From: Patescibacteria group bacterium
GTDB taxonomy: Bacteria; Patescibacteriota; Gracilibacteria; BD1-5; UBA6164
Assembly (NCBI GenBank): GCA_965227835.1
Contig: OZ245768.1
Span: 719,619-759,618 of the forward strand
Direction of reading: 5' to 3'
Length of the DNA: 40,000 nucleotides
The notes below the pieces were generated by a model. The model was not told the DNA's origin, did not search any database, and worked only from the letters and a program-made list of their open reading frames with translations. A program made the translations under genes and the position numbers. Positions 34,678-40,000 of this stretch are shown in pieces (within the stretch, counting starts at the first letter, position 1; each line of letters begins with the position of its first letter).

Positions 34678-36051
34678 TTAAGATACATCTCTAAGTGATG
34701 CACTAGCAAATTCTCTTTGAAGTTTTTTTTCGTATCAATCTCAAATTATAAAATCCATTGTTTCTTTTAAACTAAAACCTCATATATCTCTATTTGTAAA
34801 TTCTAATCATTTTAAAAGCATAGAATTATATACTTCCATAACCTTTTTCTCAAAAATCAATTTAAAGTCCTTAAAATCTAATCAGATTATTTCAGAAAAT
34901 TCACCACAAAGACCATATATTTCTATAAACCTAGATAAAAATCATTCACCATGTATAGATCAAATATCATCTAGTAATATTTCTCATATATCAAGGCTTA
35001 CTCAGTTTATGGTAGTATCTACAAGCAAACAATCAGAACCAAATCTATATGATAAACCTAAACCATGCAATAATCCATGATAATACATTATATTATGTAT
35101 AAAATTACTTACTATTTCTTCTTTATTATCATTTTTAAAAATTAAATTCAAATCTAGTCATCATTTAAACTTTAAAATATCAGCTACTCTAGTTGATACT
35201 CAGAAGTTTGCATATATCATATTACCATGAGGTCATTTTTTTAAAATCTCCTCTATCAATTTATCAAAAGATCAAAAACCCTTAACTTCATCCATACTAA
35301 AAAAAGATTTTGAAAATTGAACAATATTTGTTAGAGAATTATCATCCTCTTTAATAATAGATTTTATAGTTTCTATGTAATTAGATCAATCAATTCATTT
35401 TTTAAGTTCCGTAACTGATATTGGCATAATTGTAGGAGCAAATTCTCAATTTATTTGCAAATTTACTTCTTGAATATAAGCTCATATTTTAGCCTCCATT
35501 AATAGTCTTTGTGAAGTTTCAGATCATATAAAAGGAGGGGCATAAGAACCTTCTTTAAGTTTCCTAAATTTATTACCACGGTATAAATCTGCTCATTTTA
35601 AATTTATGCTTATACCTTTTTTAAAATAATTGGTACTTCTTCATCAATGAAATTCTCTTCTCCATCAATTTTTAAGAGTATTTTTGGAACTTAAAATGTT
35701 ACTAACTTTTGAAGGAGTCCATAAAGTTAATCATTTGAAGAAATTTATATCTCGAGAATTAGATTTTAACAATGCCAACTCACCTGTTGTTTTTACTCAT
35801 AATGCCTTACTTAAATGTTTATAGTATTTTTCCATAAATAATTCTTTTTCTCTTTTTTTTCCTAATATTGGAGATAGTAATTCTAATAATTCTATATCTA
35901 CTTCTACATCTGAATCTGCATTTATGCCTCAATATTCTTCTGATTTTTCATCTAATCATATTTCTAAATATCATTCGTCTGCAAAAAATAAACTAGGATT
36001 CTCAGTAAATCTAACATTTTTATTCTCTAAAGCTTTTTTTAATATTTCCAT
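34678..36051 (-). CDS. hypothetical protein (457 aa), native code
   Basis: 1374 nt = 458 codons with many in-frame TGA read as Gly. Sequence: MEILKKALENKNVRFTENPSLFFADEGYLEIGLDEKSEEYGG...HGLLHGLGLSYRFGSDCLLVDTT.... No recognisable domain. An AT-rich hairpin terminator lies at 34617-34647. Confidence 0.65.
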
Positions 36052-36184
36052 ATATTTTTTATTAATTTTTAAAGTTTTTACATTTTAATTATTATAATTT
36101 ATTTGTCAAGAAAAAAATTACATTAATTTAATTAAAGTATGGTAAAATAAAAATAGTAAAATTTTATTTTCTTATTTTGAATAT

Positions 36185-37114
36185 ATGAAAAGAGTATATT
36201 ACCTAATTTTTATAATTTTTGTTAGTTTTCAAAGTAGTACTTATGCTATGATAGAGTGAAATGAAGTTGATAAAGCATCAAAAAATGCTAATTTCATACT
36301 CAATTTCTTTAGTGCAGAAATGTTTATAAACTTTGCATTTGCTATTATAGTTATAATTTCAACCATAGCTGCTACGAAAATAGCAGACTCTAAAATTAGA
36401 AGATTTCTAGAAACATCATGAGATTGAGAAAACAGAGAAGAACTTGCTTGAGTACTTACAAGAACATCAAACATAGCTATAATTTCTATTTGATTCTCAA
36501 TAACTCTAGGTATTCTTTGAGTAGATATGTGAATATTTTTATGAGGTCTTGGTATTTGAATTTGATTTACCATGAAAATATTTCTTTCAAATTTCATAGC
36601 TTGAATAATTATGGTTACAAATTGAACTTATCATAATTGAGATATAATTGAAATAGAAGATAGATCATGAACAATAAAAAAAATAAATTCCTTGTTTACA
36701 GAAGTAGAACAGTTTGATTGAATAATATTTTTTGTACCCAATTTAAAATTTTTAGAAAATAATGTTCAAAATTTTCACTCCAATGATAAAAGAAGAGTAG
36801 ACATAGATATTTGAGTTGATTATGATACTGATCTTTTAAAAGCTAAAAAAATATTACTTCAAATACTCCAAAACTTCCCAAATATTTTAAAAGCTCCTGC
36901 TCCAAGTATTTTTATAACTAGTTTTGATAGCAGTTCTATAAATATTAGTCTAAGATTTTGGGTAGACAGTAAAAATTGAGACTTCTTTGGGACTAAATCA
37001 AATGTAACTGAAACTATAAATATGGCTTTTAAACAAGCATGAATAGTCATACCTTTCCCTCAAATAACACTTAGTAACAGATCAGATTTTAAAATAGGTA
37101 TGCAGAATATATAA
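36185..37114 (+). CDS. mscS: small-conductance mechanosensitive channel (MscS family)
   Basis: 930 nt = 310 codons with TGA=Gly. Three N-terminal TM helices are followed by the MscS core GIGIGFTMKIFLSNFIAGIIMVTNGTYHNGDIIEIEDRSGTIKKINSLFTEVEQFDG and the C-terminal alpha/beta domain. Confidence 0.85.
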
Positions 37115-37133
37115 GTTTTATAGGCTTATAAAG

Positions 37134-37176
37134 ACTTCCAAGCTTATTTCTCTTTTTTTAGGAATAAGCTTTTTTG
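37134..37176 (+). terminator. intrinsic terminator of mscS
   Basis: AAGCTTATTTC-loop-GAATAAGCTT followed by TTTTTT. It ends 5 nt before the IS5 left end. Confidence 0.7.
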
Positions 37177-37180
37177 TTAT

Positions 37181-38386
37181 GGGACCTCTGCAATATTGTT
37201 GAAAAGAACAAGAAAAAAGTGATTTTGAATAAAAATCACTTTTTTTGAAGAATATATAAGATAATTTCTATGAATTATGCCTTTTTTTAGGTATAATTTC
37301 CAAATTTAGGCACAATTCACCTATTAGAAAGCTATATATACCTCCTTGCCAATAGTTCAAAATTATAAATAGCACAAGATAAAAACCAGTGCATAGCATT
37401 CTTAACTAATCATCTATATCTTGTTTTATAATTTCAATATTTAGCCTTTAAAATAGAAAAAGGATGTTCTACTCTTGCCCTAATAGTAGATTTAATTCTA
37501 TTTTGTTCTTTTTGATAAGAAGTCAACGGATTATTTCTAGATCATCTTTCATTGAACTCTCACTTAATTCATAACTCATCTAAAAATTTTATTTTATCTT
37601 TACTTATATAGGCACTATCTCAATATGCCTCTTCACTCTCATCTCAAGTCATTAAAGTATCAGATAATTGTGAATCATGTATCTTAGCTGTCGTATATGT
37701 TGTATTCATTACAAAGTCTCCTCTCTTTGTTGTTTCAATATGAGCTTTATATCAATGATAACTTCTTCAATTCTTCTTTGTAAAACTAGCTTCCTTATCT
37801 CTTGTATTTTCTCATTTATTATTCTTTCTTCATTTTGGTGATTCTATTATAGTACCATCTTGAATAAATCACTTTTCTACTGTAAATCACATTTCAGCTA
37901 AAATAAATTGAGTCATTGTAAATATAGTTTCCTGACTTCAGTTTTCTGATAATTCATTTCTAAATCTACATATTGTTGTTTCATCTGGTATATCTTTAGA
38001 CTCCGATATTCATAGAAACTTTTGAAAGCTATTTCTGTCTCTTATTTGATCTTCTATTTCCGGATCTGATAATCCATATAATCATTGAAGAAATAGTATT
38101 TTTAACATTTTTTGTATTTCCATTCTTGGTCTTCAAACTCATCAATCTGATATTTCTCTAGATAAATTAATTTTATTTGATATTGATTCCCATGGGACTA
38201 CTTTATCTAATTTTGTTAGAAACTTTTCTGTTCTTGTAATTCATAACTCATTTTGGAAATAATTCAAAAATGTTTGTTGTTCTTTAAATGGTGACATAAT
38301 CATTAAAAAAAAATTAAAATATTTATCATATTTTAATCTTTTTATTATATTTTTGTAATTTAAATCTATCTTTTTGCAGAGGTCCC
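37181..38386 (-). mobile_element. IS5-family insertion sequence (~1.2 kb) with 13-bp perfect terminal inverted repeats
   Basis: GGGACCTCTGCAA at 37181-37193 and TTGCAGAGGTCCC at 38374-38386. TTAT is present on both flanks, a candidate 4-bp target duplication as is typical of IS5. Confidence 0.85.
37332..38297 (-). CDS. IS5-family DDE transposase
   Basis: 966 nt = 322 codons with TGA=Gly. Motifs are GGVGRPRM, LYGLSDPEIEDQIRDRNSFQKFLGI, IPDETTICRFRNEL, FIQDGTIIESP, KKNGRSYHGYKAHI, AYGDSAYIS and [29 protein letters not shown]. Confidence 0.9.
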
Positions 38387-38801
38387 TTATGTTATTAGAA
38401 TAAAACAAACAAATCAAAGAAAACTATAAAAAATAGGTTAATACCAAAAATGTGTTCTATTTTTTTAGGCAGAAGTCTTTAGCCTTTTGCTCTTGATAGG
38501 AATTTCTATTTTTGAAGAAAAACATACCAGATTTATAGCGAAATTTAGCTCTTTACTTTTATGTAAAATTTCTATATTCAAAAAAATCTCTGGATTTGCA
38601 ACGAAAATACTTTTATTTTTGATTAATTTTTAAAATACTCTAAATGAATAATTACATAAATAAAAAATAAAATTATTGATTCATCCTGTTTTTATTTATG
38701 TAAAATATTTAATAATTTTTATAGCAAAAAATATTTGACTTTTATAGTAAAAAATATATATTTTTTATAGAGATAATTTATTTATTTTAAAAGAATATAA
38801 T

Positions 38802-39626
38802 ATGAAAACTAATTTTAACAAACTTGTTAATAAAATGTTGAAAAAATGATGAAAAATACTTTTTAAAAAAGATATTTTTGAGATTATAGATCCTGAAAAA
38901 AAGACTAAATATGAAAGTAGATTGGATAAAATTATTTACAGACTTAAATCTGAAGAGATTATTTTAAGTATAAAATCATGAGTTTATATAATACCTTTAC
39001 CTGAAGATAAAAAATTAAACAAAGTTGATTTGCTGGATAAATATTATCTTGAACTATTGAAAAAATACATAAAATACCATGTTTGAAACTCTTACTATAT
39101 TTCATGAAAAAAATCTCTTGAAATTCATAATAAAGATTTTAGCATCGCTGAAAAAGTTTTTGTTGTTAATAGAAGTTTAAATAAAAAAATCAAATTTTAT
39201 AATTACGAAATTATTTTTAAAACTATATCTACAAGGAGAGAATCAAATATTTATTTATATAATAAAAAAAACTGAAATAAATATAGCAATTTATACTCTA
39301 AGTTTTCTAATTTTGTAGTGAAAAAAAACATTGAAGGGTATGAATTTAAAATATCTTGTTTAGAATTATCACTACTTGAAACAGCCTTAGTATCAGATTT
39401 AGAAAGTGGTTTTGATATTAATTTAATAAATAAAACATTGAAAAAATATTCAAAAGTATTTGATAAAAGTATTTTTTATGAGGCAGGAAAATATAAATAC
39501 ATTATGTCTTTCAATAGACTCAAAGAATTATCCAAGAATATAAACAGAGATCTTTATGAAGTTTTTTTAGATATAATAAAGAAAAATTGATGACTTTTTA
39601 TTTGAGAAGGACTTAGAGGAATATAA
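38802..39626 (+). CDS. hypothetical protein; the N-terminus resembles the AbiEi-type winged-helix antitoxin/regulator fold
   Basis: 825 nt = 275 codons with TGA=Gly. ILFKKDIFEIIDPEKKTKYESRLDKIIYRLKSEEIILSIKSGVYIIP follows the AbiEi N-terminal pattern (...rL.k.G.i..i.rGvY). This assignment rests on pattern recall only. Confidence 0.45.
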
Positions 39627-39685
39627 AACATTTGGATTTTTGTAACAAATTTAATAAAATGGATTTTATTTATTATTACTAAAAA

Positions 39686-40000
39686 ATGAAATTAAACTTA
39701 GAAAACAAATTTGATATTTTAAATTCAAGCCTAGAATCATCCAAAATTGATTTAAAAACAATTTTATCATTTAGCGATAAAACAATATTATATTTTTATC
39801 CAAAAGATGACACACCTTGATGTACAATTGAAAATAAAGATTTTTCTTGCCTAAAAGATGAATTTTCTAAAATTGGAATAAATGTTATTTGAATATCAAA
39901 AGATTCTATTGAATCACATACAAAATTTATAAAAAAATATGACTTAGAAATAGATTTAATTTCTGACCCAGATTTGGTTTTACATGAATCTCTTTGAGCA
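39686..40000 (+). CDS. bcp: thiol peroxidase / peroxiredoxin Bcp (N-terminal 105 codons; runs off the right edge)
   Basis: [65 protein letters not shown]. The Gly of the conserved TPGCT active site is encoded by TGA. Confidence 0.85.

Noticed and set aside
36241-36636. ORFs 36241-36597 (-) and 36418-36636 (+)
   Set aside because: Both lie inside the mscS gene, antisense or out of frame. The MscS frame is continuous with TGA=Gly and has family motifs.

Overview
AT-rich bacterial chromosomal segment that only makes sense with TGA read as glycine (translation table 25, Gracilibacteria / Absconditabacteria-SR1 type). The standard-code ORF track shatters nearly every native gene. With TGA=Gly, long frames appear whose lengths are exact codon multiples. 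On that reading the native genes are: rpoC (partial), rpoB, an ABC ATPase, a CYTH protein, ftsE, an ArsB/NhaD-type permease, and a class-V PLP enzyme. They continue with a two-gene module (double AAA_5 ATPase plus a transglutaminase-VWA fusion), a membrane protein with a Lys/Thr-rich tail, a YmdB-like phosphoesterase, an EnvC-like M23 murein hydrolase, MscS and Bcp (partial). Three IS families (IS30, IS200/IS605, IS5) are present and are themselves TGA=Gly recoded. The most unusual observation is that three short islands are written in a different dialect. They are a pstS-like binding protein with a fused pstC/pstA permease (9.8-13.5 kb), a 36-codon peptide gene (18.8 kb), and a tandem array of three membrane-protein cassettes (31.9-34.6 kb). 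These have no in-frame TGA, strong AGGAGG-type Shine-Dalgarno sites that the native genes lack, GC-rich hairpin terminators and, in several cases, TGA as the apparent stop codon. The pst island lies inside a segment bounded by an intact IS30 and an inverted solo IS30 end. All protein calls come from hand translation and motif recognition; no database search was run.
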